Source: Longimicrobiales bacterium (GTDB lineage Bacteria; Gemmatimonadota; Gemmatimonadetes; Longimicrobiales; Gaopeijiaceae). From it: 64,000 nt of DNA. A model generated the notes under the pieces. It made no database searches. It saw only the letters and a list, made by a program, of their open reading frames with translations, and was not told the DNA's origin. A program made the position numbers and the translations under genes. Positions 47,792 to 57,703 of this stretch are shown here, in pieces. Each line of letters starts with the position of its first letter. Within the stretch, counting starts at the first letter, position 1. The stretch is from positions 2,688,001 to 2,752,000 of the forward strand of contig OZ241869.1 in assembly GCA_965202805.1 (NCBI GenBank), given 5' to 3'.

Positions 47792-49096
47792 ATGTCATTT
47801 CTGCCCGACAACTGGCTGAGCCTGGTGGGCGGGCTCGTGATCCTTGCAGCCGGCGCTTGGATCGTCGACTGGGTGACCACCCGGGTCGTTCACGGCGCGA
47901 TCCGGCGGGTCGCGGCCCGGACGCGCTCCTCCTGGGACGACCGCGTCATCGAGCGCAAGGTCTTCGCGCGCCTCTCCCACATCGTGCCCGCCGCCATCGT
48001 CTACTACGGCATCGGGCCGGTGCTGGGGGTGACGCCCGCCGAAGCGGCCGCCGGAGCCGAACCCGCCGGGCTCATTCTGACCTGGACGCTGGCGCGCCGT
48101 CTTTCCGCCGCCGTCATCGTGATGGCCACGGCGGCGGCGTTCAGCGCCTTTCTCGACGCCGTCAACGACATCTACGTCGAAGCCTTCGAGCAGTCGCGTT
48201 CGAGGCCGATCAAGGGCTACCTGCAGGGGATCAGCCTGCTGGCCTACCTTGGCGCCGGCGTCGTCGCCATCGCGATCCTGGCGAACCAGAGCCCGCTCGT
48301 CTTCCTCTCCGGCATCGGCGCGCTCACCGCCGTGCTCATGCTCATCTTCCGCGATACCATCCTGTCGCTGGTGGCGAGCATCCAGATCATGTCCAACGAC
48401 ATGATCCGCATCGGCGACTGGGTCTCGATGCCGCAGGCCAACACCGACGGAGACGTCATCGAGATCGCGCTGCATACGGTCAAGATCCAGAACTGGGACA
48501 AGACCATCTCGACCATCCCGACGCACAAGTTCATCAGCGAGTCCTTCAAGAACTGGCGCGGGATGACGGAATCCGGGGGGCGCCGCATAAAGCGGTCGCT
48601 GCGCATCGACATGAACTCGGTGCGCTTCCTGAGCGACGGGGAAATCGAGCGGCTGTCGCGCTACGAGACGCTGCGCGAATACATGGCCAAGGCGCGCCGC
48701 AGGATCGAGAGCTACAACGCGGCCAAGGCGATGGGCGATCCCGGTATCATCCCGGAGATCCGGCGCCTGACCAACCTGGGGACGTTCCGCTTCTACGTGC
48801 TCAACTACCTGAAGGGCAACCCCCGCATCAGCCAGGAGATGACGGTGCTGGCGCGCCAGCTCGCGCCCGGACCGCAGGGCGTGCCCATCGAGGTCTACTG
48901 TTTCTCGAGCGACACGGCGTGGGCGAACTACGAGGGCCTCCAGGCCGACCTCTTCGACCACCTGATCGCGATTCTGCCGGAGTTCGGGCTGAGGGCGTTC
49001 CAGGAACCCGGCGGGTCGGACTTCGCGGAGGCGCTGACGGCCGCGGGCACGGGGCGGCCGGAGCCGGGCACCGACGAGGGCAGGGCCGGAGGCTGA
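47792..49096 (+). CDS. MscS family mechanosensitive channel (YbdG-like)
   Basis: IFRDTILSLVASIQ, IGDWV, QNWDKT, NWRGM, GRRIKRS. Confidence 0.93.
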   Translation: MSFLPDNWLSLVGGLVILAAGAWIVDWVTTRVVHGAIRRVAARTRSSWDDRVIERKVFARLSHIVPAAIVYYGIGPVLGVTPAEAAAGAEPAGLILTWTLARRLSAAVIVMATAAAFSAFLDAVNDIYVEAFEQSRSRPIKGYLQGISLLAYLGAGVVAIAILANQSPLVFLSGIGALTAVLMLIFRDTILSLVASIQIMSNDMIRIGDWVSMPQANTDGDVIEIALHTVKIQNWDKTISTIPTHKFISESFKNWRGMTESGGRRIKRSLRIDMNSVRFLSDGEIERLSRYETLREYMAKARRRIESYNAAKAMGDPGIIPEIRRLTNLGTFRFYVLNYLKGNPRISQEMTVLARQLAPGPQGVPIEVYCFSSDTAWANYEGLQADLFDHLIAILPEFGLRAFQEPGGSDFAEALTAAGTGRPEPGTDEGRAGG

Positions 49097-49190
49097 CGCC
49101 GGCAACGACGGAGGCTGACGCCTGGAAACGCCGGAGACCCGGGCCGGAACACCCGGAGACCCGGGCCGGACGGCGGAGGCCTGCGACGGG
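49087..49190. repeat. Degenerate ~22-bp minisatellite beginning in the mscS stop region
   Basis: CGGAGGCTGACGCC at 49087 and 49109; CCGGAGACCCGGGCCGGA at 49131 and 49153. Confidence 0.7.
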
Positions 49191-49322
49191 GCGGCGGACT
49201 CCGGTGCGTGACGTGCGCTCAGGTCGCGTTATCTTTCATCCTGGGATGACGTGGATGAGGGCGGCAGGGAAACCAGGAACCGGCGGGGCCGGAGGCTCCG
49301 CACCACGGGGAAGATCGGAAAC

Positions 49323-49790
49323 ATGGTGAACACCGTTGAGTTGCTCGGCGACCTGCAGCGCCTGAGAGAGCAGGGCTATCTGTCGGACGCCCTCCTGCGT
49401 CACGCGGTTCGGGGACTCTCGAAAACCGAGAACTTCGACTGGGTCGGCGTCTATCTGCTGGGAGAGGAGGGGGATGAGCTCTGGCTCCACAACTACATCG
49501 GAGCCAGCACCCAACACGCGAAGATTCCCGTGGGCACGGGTGTGTGCGGGACCGCCGTGGCGACCGGCAAGAACCAGAACGTGCCCGACGTGGGCGCGGT
49601 CGACAACTACCTCTCGTGCAACCCCGCCGTGAAGTCCGAACTCGTGGTCCTGATCCGGGCGGGCAAGGAGATCTTCGGGCAGATCGACGTCGACAGCCGC
49701 ACTCCGGCGGCCTTCAGCGACGACGACGAGCTGGCCGTGCAGATGATCGCCGACAAGCTCGCCGAGCAGTTCGTGCACGAGCGACGCTAG
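49323..49790 (+). CDS. GAF domain protein (free Met-R-sulfoxide reductase-like)
   Basis: DWVGVYL, GTGVCG, YLSC, SELVV, IDVDS. Confidence 0.85.
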   Translation: MVNTVELLGDLQRLREQGYLSDALLRHAVRGLSKTENFDWVGVYLLGEEGDELWLHNYIGASTQHAKIPVGTGVCGTAVATGKNQNVPDVGAVDNYLSCNPAVKSELVVLIRAGKEIFGQIDVDSRTPAAFSDDDELAVQMIADKLAEQFVHERR

Positions 49791-49849
49791 CGGACGGCAA
49801 CCATCGAGCTTCCCCGCGCGTGACCGTGGGCGGGACCGATCCGCGCGCC

Positions 49850-50587
49850 ATGACCCGTCCTCGCGTCTACAAGGCAGCCAACCCGGGGCCGTTCACTCTC
49901 GACGGGACCCGGACCCACGTCGTGGGGCGTGAAGCGGCGGCGGTCATCGATCCGGGCCCTGACGATCCCGAGCACCTGCGCGCGCTCCGGGCCGCGGTGG
50001 CGGGTGCGCGCCGGGTCGCGGTGCTGGTGACCCACGATCATGCCGACCACTCCGGCTGCGCCCGCGCCCTGGCGGACGCGCTGGGGGCGCCCCTCCTCGG
50101 ACCCTGCCGCGACGCGGACGGGCCCCTCGCCGACGGGGACGCGGTGGAGACGGACCGGGGCGAGCTGGTCGCCGTGGACACGCCGGGCCACTGCGCCGAC
50201 CACCTTTGCTTCCACTGGCCGCGCGCCCGGGCCCTGTTCGCGGGCGACCTGATGCTCGGCGAGGGCAGCACGACCTGGGTGGGGGAGTATCCGGGCTGCG
50301 TGCGCGACTACCTAGCGTCGCTGGAGCGGGTCGAAGCGTTGGCGCCCACGGCGATATACCCGGCGCACGGGCCTCCGATCGAGGATGTGTCCCCGGCACT
50401 CACCGCGTATCGCGAACATCGCGTCGAGCGCATCCGGCAGACGGAGTTGGCCCGGGGCGATCACCCTGACGCCAAGCCGGCGCAGCTGGTGACGACCATC
50501 TATGGAGACGAGCTGCCGCCCAGGCTGCGCGCCGCCGCCGAAGCCAGCATCGCGGCCATGCTCGACTATCTGGCCGGCGAAGGGTAG
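49850..50587 (+). CDS. MBL-fold metallo-hydrolase (LACTB2-like)
   Basis: NPGPFTLDGT, THDHADH, TPGH, AGD, PAHG. Confidence 0.92.
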   Translation: MTRPRVYKAANPGPFTLDGTRTHVVGREAAAVIDPGPDDPEHLRALRAAVAGARRVAVLVTHDHADHSGCARALADALGAPLLGPCRDADGPLADGDAVETDRGELVAVDTPGHCADHLCFHWPRARALFAGDLMLGEGSTTWVGEYPGCVRDYLASLERVEALAPTAIYPAHGPPIEDVSPALTAYREHRVERIRQTELARGDHPDAKPAQLVTTIYGDELPPRLRAAAEASIAAMLDYLAGEG

Positions 50588-50668
50588 TATTCCCTTGACG
50601 CGGCGCGCGTTACCGGCGGCTGCCCGCGACTGCCGGACGCGCGCTTCTCCTTCACCGGGAGCCACGCC

Positions 50669-52156
50669 GTGATCGCCAAAGCACCGCGCCTGTCGACCGA
50701 GTTGGCGGAGGAACTCGTCCGGATCGTGGGGGCGGACGGGGTCATCACCGACCCCGCCCGGCTGATGGTATACGAGTCCGACGGGCTCACCGCCTACCGG
50801 TATCCGCCACGCGCCGTGGTGCTGCCCCGGGACGGGGACGAGACCGCCGGGGTGGTCCGGGCCGTCGCCCGGGCAGGCGTGCCCTTCGTGGCGCGCGGCT
50901 CGGGGACGGGTCTCTCCGGGGGGGCGCTCGCGGTCGACGGGGCGGTGGTGGTGTGCACGGCGCGCATGAACCGCATCCTCGAGCTCGACCTGCACAACCG
51001 GCGGGCGCGCATCCAGCCCGGAGTGGTGAACGCCCACCTCACGGCGGCGACCCGACCCCACGGGCTCTACTACGCCCCGGATCCCTCGTCGCAGAGCGCC
51101 TGCACCATCGGCGGCAACGTGGCCGAGAACTCGGGCGGGCCGCATTGCCTGAAGTACGGCGTCACCTCCCGCTACATCCGGGGGCTGGACGTGGTGCTCC
51201 CGGATGGAAGCCGGGTGTACCTGGGAGACCGCGGGCTCGACACCGGAGAACTGGACCTCGCGGGGCTCTTCGTGGGATCCGAGGGCTGCTTCGGGATTGC
51301 CGTCCAAATCGATCTGGAGCTGCTCCCGCTGCCGCAGGCGACCCACACCCTGCTCGGCATCTTCGAGCGGCTGGAGGACGCGGGACGGGCGGTGACCGCG
51401 ATCATCGCCGACGGCCTGCTCCCGGCGGCGCTCGAGATCATCGACCAGGCCACCATCCAGGCCGTGGAGGAGAGCATCTTCGCCGCCGGCTACCCGACCG
51501 ACGCCGCGGCCGCGCTGGTGGTGGAGTTCGACGGCATCGAGGCGGGGCTCGGGGCGGAGGCGGCGCGGGCCGAGGCCGCGTGCCTGGAGTGCGGGGCGCG
51601 CGACGTGCGCAAGGCCACCTCCGCGGATGCGCGCGCGGCCCTCTGGAAGGGAAGGAAGAAGGCCTTCGGCGCCATGGGCAGGATCGCCCCGGACCTGCTG
51701 GTGCAGGACGCAACCGTCCCGCGCACGCAGCTCCCGGACGTGCTGGCGAAGATCGCGGGCATCGGGGAGCGCTACGACCTGCGGGTCGCGAACGTCTTCC
51801 ACGCGGGAGACGGCAACCTGCACCCCAACATCCTCTTCGACCGGCGCGATGCCCGGGAGATGGAGCGGGTGGAACGGGCCTCCAAGGAGATCATGCGCAT
51901 CTGCGTCGAGGCCGGGGGCACCATCACCGGCGAACACGGCGTGGGGCTTGACAAGCGCGACTACATGTCGCTCATCCACTCCGACGACACCCTGCGGGCG
52001 ATGGAGTCGGTGCGCCGCGTCTTCGATCCCGCGGGGGTGTGCAACCCGGGCAAGGTGCTCCCGGACCGGATCCGGGACGCGGACCCGGGGCGCGTGGCTG
52101 TGGCAGGGACCGGGGAGGAGGCGTCCAGGGCCGTTCCCGCGGGCGCGACGGCATGA
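50669..52156 (+). CDS. glcD: FAD-linked oxidase, glycolate oxidase subunit GlcD-like
   Basis: ARGSGTGLSGGA, PDPSS, NSGGPHCLKYG, HAGDGNLHP, GEHGVG, NPGK. Confidence 0.85.
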   Translation: MIAKAPRLSTELAEELVRIVGADGVITDPARLMVYESDGLTAYRYPPRAVVLPRDGDETAGVVRAVARAGVPFVARGSGTGLSGGALAVDGAVVVCTARMNRILELDLHNRRARIQPGVVNAHLTAATRPHGLYYAPDPSSQSACTIGGNVAENSGGPHCLKYGVTSRYIRGLDVVLPDGSRVYLGDRGLDTGELDLAGLFVGSEGCFGIAVQIDLELLPLPQATHTLLGIFERLEDAGRAVTAIIADGLLPAALEIIDQATIQAVEESIFAAGYPTDAAAALVVEFDGIEAGLGAEAARAEAACLECGARDVRKATSADARAALWKGRKKAFGAMGRIAPDLLVQDATVPRTQLPDVLAKIAGIGERYDLRVANVFHAGDGNLHPNILFDRRDAREMERVERASKEIMRICVEAGGTITGEHGVGLDKRDYMSLIHSDDTLRAMESVRRVFDPAGVCNPGKVLPDRIRDADPGRVAVAGTGEEASRAVPAGATA

Positions 52157-53445
52157 GCCCGGAGAAGCTGAGCGGTTCGACGACGGTGAGCGATGAGGAG
52201 GCGGGCACCGAGCGCATGGGCGGAGAGGCGAACCCCGGGGCTCGGGACGGAGTGAACGGCGTGGCCGCGGTGGACGGCCGGTCGGTTGGGGCCGGCGGCG
52301 CGCCCGTGTTGGCGCCGGGGACCGTCGAGGAGCTGGGCGACCTGATGGCGGAGGCCTCCCGCGATGGCCGGCAGGTGCGCTGCATCGGCAACGCCAGCTC
52401 CCTCCCCCCCGGGTACCTGGACGCACCCGTGGACCTTGTGGTGAGCACGCGCGCGCTGGACACGGTCCACGCATACGACCCGGCGGACCTGACGCTCACG
52501 GCGGATGCCGGCGTCTCCCTCGCGCGGCTGGAACGGCTGACCGGCAAGCAGGGCCAGTGGCTCCCCCTCGACCCCCCCCGGCGGGCCCGGCGAAGCCTCG
52601 GAGGCGTCCTGGCGAGCGGAGCCTGCGGACCGCTGCAGGGGAAGTTCGGCACCCCGCGCGACCACGTCCTCGGGCTGACGCTGGTGACGGGCGACGGGCG
52701 CGTGCTCGAGCTGGGCGGCCGAGTGGTCAAGAACGTCGCCGGCTACGACCTGGTGAAGCTCGCGACAGGAAGCGGCGGACGGCTCGGGATCGTGACCTCC
52801 GCCACGGTGCGGCTGCACCCGCTGCCGGTGCGGGACGTGACCCTTCTCTACCAGACCCCACGGCTGGCGCTGACCGTGGTGCTGGCGCGCTCGCTCGCCA
52901 CCGCTCCGGTGCGCATCCCCGCGCTGGAACTGCTGGCGGGCCACGGCGAAGAGCCGACCGTGGCCGTTCGCCTGCTCGGCTCCCCGGAGGCGGTTGAGGA
53001 ATCCGAGCGCATCCTCAACGTGCGCGTGGGCCGGGAAGCCAGCCGCCGCCTCGAGGGTGAGGCATCCGCGCAGTGGTTCGCGGCGCTCGAGCGCTTTGAG
53101 GACGACGCGGCCGCGGTGGCGCGCGTCAGCCACCTGCCCTCGCACCTGGGCGACCTGGCAGAGCCCTGCGTGGAGTGCGGCACGGTGGCCGCGCACGTAT
53201 CGCTGGGGGTCTTGCGGGTGGCGGTGGGCAGGGACGGGGCCGTCGACCAGACCGCCGTCTCCGACGCGCTCGTCCGTCTCCGCGACGATGTCGTGAAGGT
53301 GGGCGCGACCTTCCGCGTCTCGCGCGCGAAAATCTCCCGGTGGCCCGGGCCCGAGCCCGCCACCTCACCGGGCGTCCTCGCCCTCACGCGCGGCATCGTG
53401 GACAGCTTCGACCCCGCCGGCGTGCTTTCCCGGCCGGGCTCCTAG
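52153..53445 (+). CDS. glcE: Glycolate oxidase FAD subunit GlcE-like
   Basis: YDPADLT, WLPLDPP, GGRVVKNVAGYDL, FDPAGV; ATGA-coupled to glcD. Confidence 0.82.
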   Translation: MSPEKLSGSTTVSDEEAGTERMGGEANPGARDGVNGVAAVDGRSVGAGGAPVLAPGTVEELGDLMAEASRDGRQVRCIGNASSLPPGYLDAPVDLVVSTRALDTVHAYDPADLTLTADAGVSLARLERLTGKQGQWLPLDPPRRARRSLGGVLASGACGPLQGKFGTPRDHVLGLTLVTGDGRVLELGGRVVKNVAGYDLVKLATGSGGRLGIVTSATVRLHPLPVRDVTLLYQTPRLALTVVLARSLATAPVRIPALELLAGHGEEPTVAVRLLGSPEAVEESERILNVRVGREASRRLEGEASAQWFAALERFEDDAAAVARVSHLPSHLGDLAEPCVECGTVAAHVSLGVLRVAVGRDGAVDQTAVSDALVRLRDDVVKVGATFRVSRAKISRWPGPEPATSPGVLALTRGIVDSFDPAGVLSRPGS

Positions 53446-53478
53446 GCCGCGGCACCGGGGAGCCGGGAGGTGTCTTCC

Positions 53479-54198
53479 ATGTGGACCGCCGCCGCGCAAA
53501 TCGGAGGGATCTCGGAGAGCCTGAGCGCCAGCCCGCTCCTCGCGATGGGGCTGCTCTTCTGGGCCGGGGTCCTCACCAGCCTGACGCCGTGCGTCTACCC
53601 GATGATCCCCATCACCGCATCGGTGATCGCCGGGGCCTCCAGGGACAAGGCGCCGCGCGCACGCATCGTGGGGCTGACGCTCACATATGTGACGGGGCTG
53701 GCCATGTTCTACGCCCTCCTCGGCCTGCTGGCGGGGCTGAGCGGCACCCTCTTCGGCACGGTCAGCGCGAACCCCTGGGTGCGGTTTGCCACCGCCAACC
53801 TGCTCATCATCTTCGCGCTGGCCATGCTGGACGTGATTCCGGTCAGCGCGCCCAAGCGGCTGCTGCACTGGGCCGGCGGGCTGGGCGGCGGGTCCTATCC
53901 GGCGGTCTTCCTGTTGGGCGCCACCTCGGGCATCGTGGCGGCGCCCTGCGGCGCCCCCGCCTTCGCCGTGGTCCTCACCTGGGTGGCGGCGACCCAGGCC
54001 GGCGCCATGGGGTTCATCTACCTCTTCGTGTTCTCGCTGGGGATGACCTCGCTGCTGGTCGCGGTGGGGCTCTTCTCGGGCAGCGCCGCCTGGCTGCCGA
54101 AGTCGGGCGCCTGGATGGTATGGATCAAGAAGGCGGCGGGTATCATTATGCTGGGTGTGGCGGAATACTACCTGATTCAAACGGGACTCGTGATGTGA
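53479..54198 (+). CDS. ccdA: CcdA/DsbD transmembrane disulfide reductase domain
   Basis: SLTPCVYPMIP and AAPCGAP; GGAGG RBS. Confidence 0.88.
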   Translation: MWTAAAQIGGISESLSASPLLAMGLLFWAGVLTSLTPCVYPMIPITASVIAGASRDKAPRARIVGLTLTYVTGLAMFYALLGLLAGLSGTLFGTVSANPWVRFATANLLIIFALAMLDVIPVSAPKRLLHWAGGLGGGSYPAVFLLGATSGIVAAPCGAPAFAVVLTWVAATQAGAMGFIYLFVFSLGMTSLLVAVGLFSGSAAWLPKSGAWMVWIKKAAGIIMLGVAEYYLIQTGLVM

Positions 54199-54725
54199 AT
54201 ACGGTCAGACGCAATCTCCTGGCGACGGTGGCGGTGCTCGGCGCCGTCGTGATGCTCTCAAGCGGCGCGGCCGCGCAGGAACGGGGCGAGATCGGCATCG
54301 CCGTCGGCGAGACGCCGGTGCCGCCGACGATCGAGAACCTGGACGGGGAGCCGGTCAATCTTGCGGACTACGTCGGCGAGCAACCCCTCCTGCTCGAGTT
54401 CTGGGCCAGCTGGTGCGAGCAGTGCGAGGCGCTGCAGCCCAGCATGGACGCCGCTTACGAACGCTACGGCGAGGAGGTCGGATTCCTCGCGGTCGCGGTG
54501 GCGGTGGCCCAGAGTCAGCGCGCCGTGCGCCGGCACCTGGAGCGGCACGCCATCCCCTTCCCGATGCTCTGGGACACCCGCGGCAACGCCACGCGCGCCT
54601 TCCTGGCACCGGCGACCGCCTACGTGGTCATCCTGGACGCGGAGGGCAAGGTCGCCTACACCGGCATCGGCCCGCAGCAGGACATCGTGCAGGCCGTGGG
54701 CGACGTGCTGGCGGTGGGCGGTTAG
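54195..54725 (+). CDS. TlpA-like thioredoxin
   Basis: Signal peptide, FWASWCEQC; GTGA-coupled to ccdA. Confidence 0.9.
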   Translation: MNTVRRNLLATVAVLGAVVMLSSGAAAQERGEIGIAVGETPVPPTIENLDGEPVNLADYVGEQPLLLEFWASWCEQCEALQPSMDAAYERYGEEVGFLAVAVAVAQSQRAVRRHLERHAIPFPMLWDTRGNATRAFLAPATAYVVILDAEGKVAYTGIGPQQDIVQAVGDVLAVGG

Positions 54726-57155
54726 TCACCCAACCGGCCGCCGCAGCTGTCCGAACTCATATTCCGCCGGGGGCTCCGCGCCCATGAGATGGCGCACGAA
54801 GTAGTCCCAGCGCTTGCGCATCATGTAGGGCTCGTTGCCAAAGCCGTGGCCCCGATTCGGGAACAGCACCAGGTCGAAGTCCTTGTTCGCGGCGATGAGC
54901 GCGTCCACCACCAGCATGGTGTTGGAGTGCGGCACGTTGGTGTCCATTGTGCCGTGGGCGATGAGCAGCTTGCCCTCGAGGTTCTCCGCCACCAACTGGT
55001 TGGCCTGGTTGTCGTAGTTGGTGGTGCCGTCGTCGTACTCCTCGAGCAGCCCCTGCCACTTCTCGCCCCAGTCGTCCTCGTAGTTTCGGTTGTCGTGGTT
55101 GCCCGCCTGGGACACCGCCACCTTGTAGAAGTCCGGGTAGCGCAGGATGCCGGCCGTTGACGCGAAGCCGCCCCCCGAGTGCCCGAAGATCCCCACCCGG
55201 TCGATGTCCATCCACTCGTGCCGCTCGGCGAGCTGCTGGATCCCGGTGATCTGATCGGGCAGGCCGTTGTCGCCCATGTTGCCGTAATACGCCTCGTGGA
55301 ACGCCCGTGAGCGCATCGGCGTGCCCATGGCGTCCAGCTCCACCACCACGAATCCCAGCTCCGCGATCGCCTGCAGATCCCGGTGCGCGGTGCGGAAGCT
55401 GCGGCTCCCGACGCTCCCGCTCTGCGGACCCGGATAGAGGTAGTTGACGATCGGGTACTTCATCGACGGGTCGAAGTTGGACGGGCGGAACATGAGCCCG
55501 TAGAGGTCGGTGACGCCGTCGCGCGCCTTGACCTCGAACGGGATCGGCGGCTGCCAGCCGGCTGCCTCCAGGCCGGAGATGTCCGCGCGTTCGAGCTCCA
55601 GCACGACCTCCCCGCTCATGTCGCGCACGACGCTGACGGGCGGCGTCACGGGGGTGGACCAGGTGTCGACGAAATAGTCGCCGTCGGGCGAGCGCGAGAT
55701 AGTGTGGTCGGCGCTGTCCGGGGTGAGCAGCCGCACATCGCCGCCGTCGAGGCCGATCTGGTAGAGGTAGCGGAAGTAGGGGTCGCCGTCCTCGCGTTCG
55801 TTGCCGATGAAGAGCACGGTGCGCGCGTCGGCGTCTACTTCCAGCACCTCGAGGACATTCCACTCACCGGAGGTGATCTGCCGCTTCAGGTCGCCGGATT
55901 CCAGATCGTACAGGTAGAGATGGCTCCAGTTGTCGCGCCGGGAGAACCAGATGACCTCGCCGCTCTCCTCGAGGACGCGCCAGTTGTGGCCCCCGTCCCC
56001 GGACTCGAAGAAGGTCTCCACCCGCTCTTCCAGGATGTCGCGCACCGCGCCGGTGCGGGCGTCGGCGACGCGCAGCGTGGCCACCTTGTGGTCGCGGGAA
56101 CTCGACACGAAGGCCACCCCGGTGGCGTCGTCGCTCCATTCCACGTCCGCGAAGGTGCCGCCGCAGGCGACGTGGTCGCACACCGTCGAGCGGTGCTGGT
56201 CCGGAGGCATGTCGAAGCGCACCAGGCGTGAGTCGGCGGGCGCGTCCAGATCCAGCACCACGCGGTGGATCCGGAAGATCACCGAGTCCTCGGGCAGGGG
56301 ATAACGCCAGGCATCCAGCTCGGGATGACCCACCTGCGTGTTGACCATGTACATCATCCCTACGCCGCGCGCGTCGTGCTGGAAGGTCGCGATCCTGCGG
56401 CTGTCGGGAGACCAGCGGAGGACGGGGCGAGCGCTCCGCACCCAGCCCGCGTTGTTGGTCGCGTAGCCGAAGTCCTCCTCGCCGTCGAAGGTCAGCTGCG
56501 TCTCCTCCCCGCTCTGCGTCTCGCGCACCCACAGGTTGTGGTCGCGGATGAACGCCTCCCGCGCCTCGTCCGGCGAGACGACGCCGGCGGAGCGCCGGAA
56601 GGCCGCCTCGAAGCCCATGGAGATCGCCATGTAGTTGGCGCGGCGCTGTTCCGGGGAGCCCTCCAGCTCCTCGCAGCGGTAGGCGATCGTGCTGCACCGG
56701 AAGGCGCGTCCATCGTCGCTGAAGTCGTCCCCTTCGGGCGCGAAGAGGACCACCGCGGCCTGCGGGATGAACTGCCCGGGTGGCAGGCCATCCGCCGTCG
56801 CGCCCGCGCCGGCGACCTCCGACAGGGCGTTCGCCATGCGCCCGTGGTCGAAGGCGGGTGCCCGGGTGCCGGCCCCGGGGTCGACCATCACGTATTCGCC
56901 GCCCTCCGGCGCCCGATTGTGGTACCAGAAGCGCCCGTCCGGCGTCCAGTTGGGGTCGACCGCGCCGTTGAACACCAGCGGGTTCATGTGCTCCCCGAGG
57001 TGCCGTTCCGCGCGGGCATAGTCCTCTGCGGTCAGGGCACGCGGCGCCTCCTGGGCGTGAGCGGGAATCGGGGCCAAGGTCGCAAGGACAGGCGCCAGAA
57101 TCAGAAAAAGAGACGACATATCGAGTCGTGTCGGATGCGATGTCGGCGGCCGCAT
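54726..57155 (-). CDS. S9 family dipeptidyl peptidase IV-like protein
   Basis: YPGPQ, GHSGGG, HGTMDTNV, PNRGHG. Confidence 0.93.
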   Translation of the reverse strand: MRPPTSHPTRLDMSSLFLILAPVLATLAPIPAHAQEAPRALTAEDYARAERHLGEHMNPLVFNGAVDPNWTPDGRFWYHNRAPEGGEYVMVDPGAGTRAPAFDHGRMANALSEVAGAGATADGLPPGQFIPQAAVVLFAPEGDDFSDDGRAFRCSTIAYRCEELEGSPEQRRANYMAISMGFEAAFRRSAGVVSPDEAREAFIRDHNLWVRETQSGEETQLTFDGEEDFGYATNNAGWVRSARPVLRWSPDSRRIATFQHDARGVGMMYMVNTQVGHPELDAWRYPLPEDSVIFRIHRVVLDLDAPADSRLVRFDMPPDQHRSTVCDHVACGGTFADVEWSDDATGVAFVSSSRDHKVATLRVADARTGAVRDILEERVETFFESGDGGHNWRVLEESGEVIWFSRRDNWSHLYLYDLESGDLKRQITSGEWNVLEVLEVDADARTVLFIGNEREDGDPYFRYLYQIGLDGGDVRLLTPDSADHTISRSPDGDYFVDTWSTPVTPPVSVVRDMSGEVVLELERADISGLEAAGWQPPIPFEVKARDGVTDLYGLMFRPSNFDPSMKYPIVNYLYPGPQSGSVGSRSFRTAHRDLQAIAELGFVVVELDAMGTPMRSRAFHEAYYGNMGDNGLPDQITGIQQLAERHEWMDIDRVGIFGHSGGGFASTAGILRYPDFYKVAVSQAGNHDNRNYEDDWGEKWQGLLEEYDDGTTNYDNQANQLVAENLEGKLLIAHGTMDTNVPHSNTMLVVDALIAANKDFDLVLFPNRGHGFGNEPYMMRKRWDYFVRHLMGAEPPAEYEFGQLRRPVG

Positions 57156-57254
57156 GGTCTTCCTCCGATGCGGGGAAATGGTTTGCTTGAGGAAGATGGC
57201 CCGACGGCCTCCACCGGTGCAACGACAGCCAACCCTCATCGTTTAGTGCGCCTC

Positions 57255-57542
57255 ATGACCGACCGTTTGCCTGACGGGATCGTTCCGAGCCACTCCTCCC
57301 CCCTCTTCACGCAGGACACGCTCCCGGAGGCGTTGCAGCGGGAACACGCACTCGCGCCGGGGCACTGGGGCGTGCTCAACGTCCTGGAAGGCAGTCTGCG
57401 ATTCGTGAATCTCGAAACGCGCGAGACCCGGACGATCTCCGCGCCCGGCCGCGTCACGATTCACCCCCGGATACGTCACCACGTGGCCGTCGATGGCCCG
57501 GTACGCTGCAGAATCGATTTCTTCCGCGAGAGGCGGGACTGA
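57255..57542 (+). CDS. DUF1971 (TehB N-terminal-like cupin)
   Basis: FTQDTLPEALQREH...GHWGVLNVLEGSLRF...HHV...IDFF. Confidence 0.85.
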   Translation: MTDRLPDGIVPSHSSPLFTQDTLPEALQREHALAPGHWGVLNVLEGSLRFVNLETRETRTISAPGRVTIHPRIRHHVAVDGPVRCRIDFFRERRD

Positions 57543-57703
57543 CCAGGGAAAGCGAATCGCCTGAGGACTCTCCCCATCTCTTGACCCACAAGGGACCGAA
57601 TGGGACACTTCAAAGCTATCCTTCGACCCTCGGTTGAGAGCCGTTTTCAGGCCTGAGGGTGCCGCCTTGCCCCTTCCTGCCGCCATCCGCAGGAGCTGAC
57701 GCC

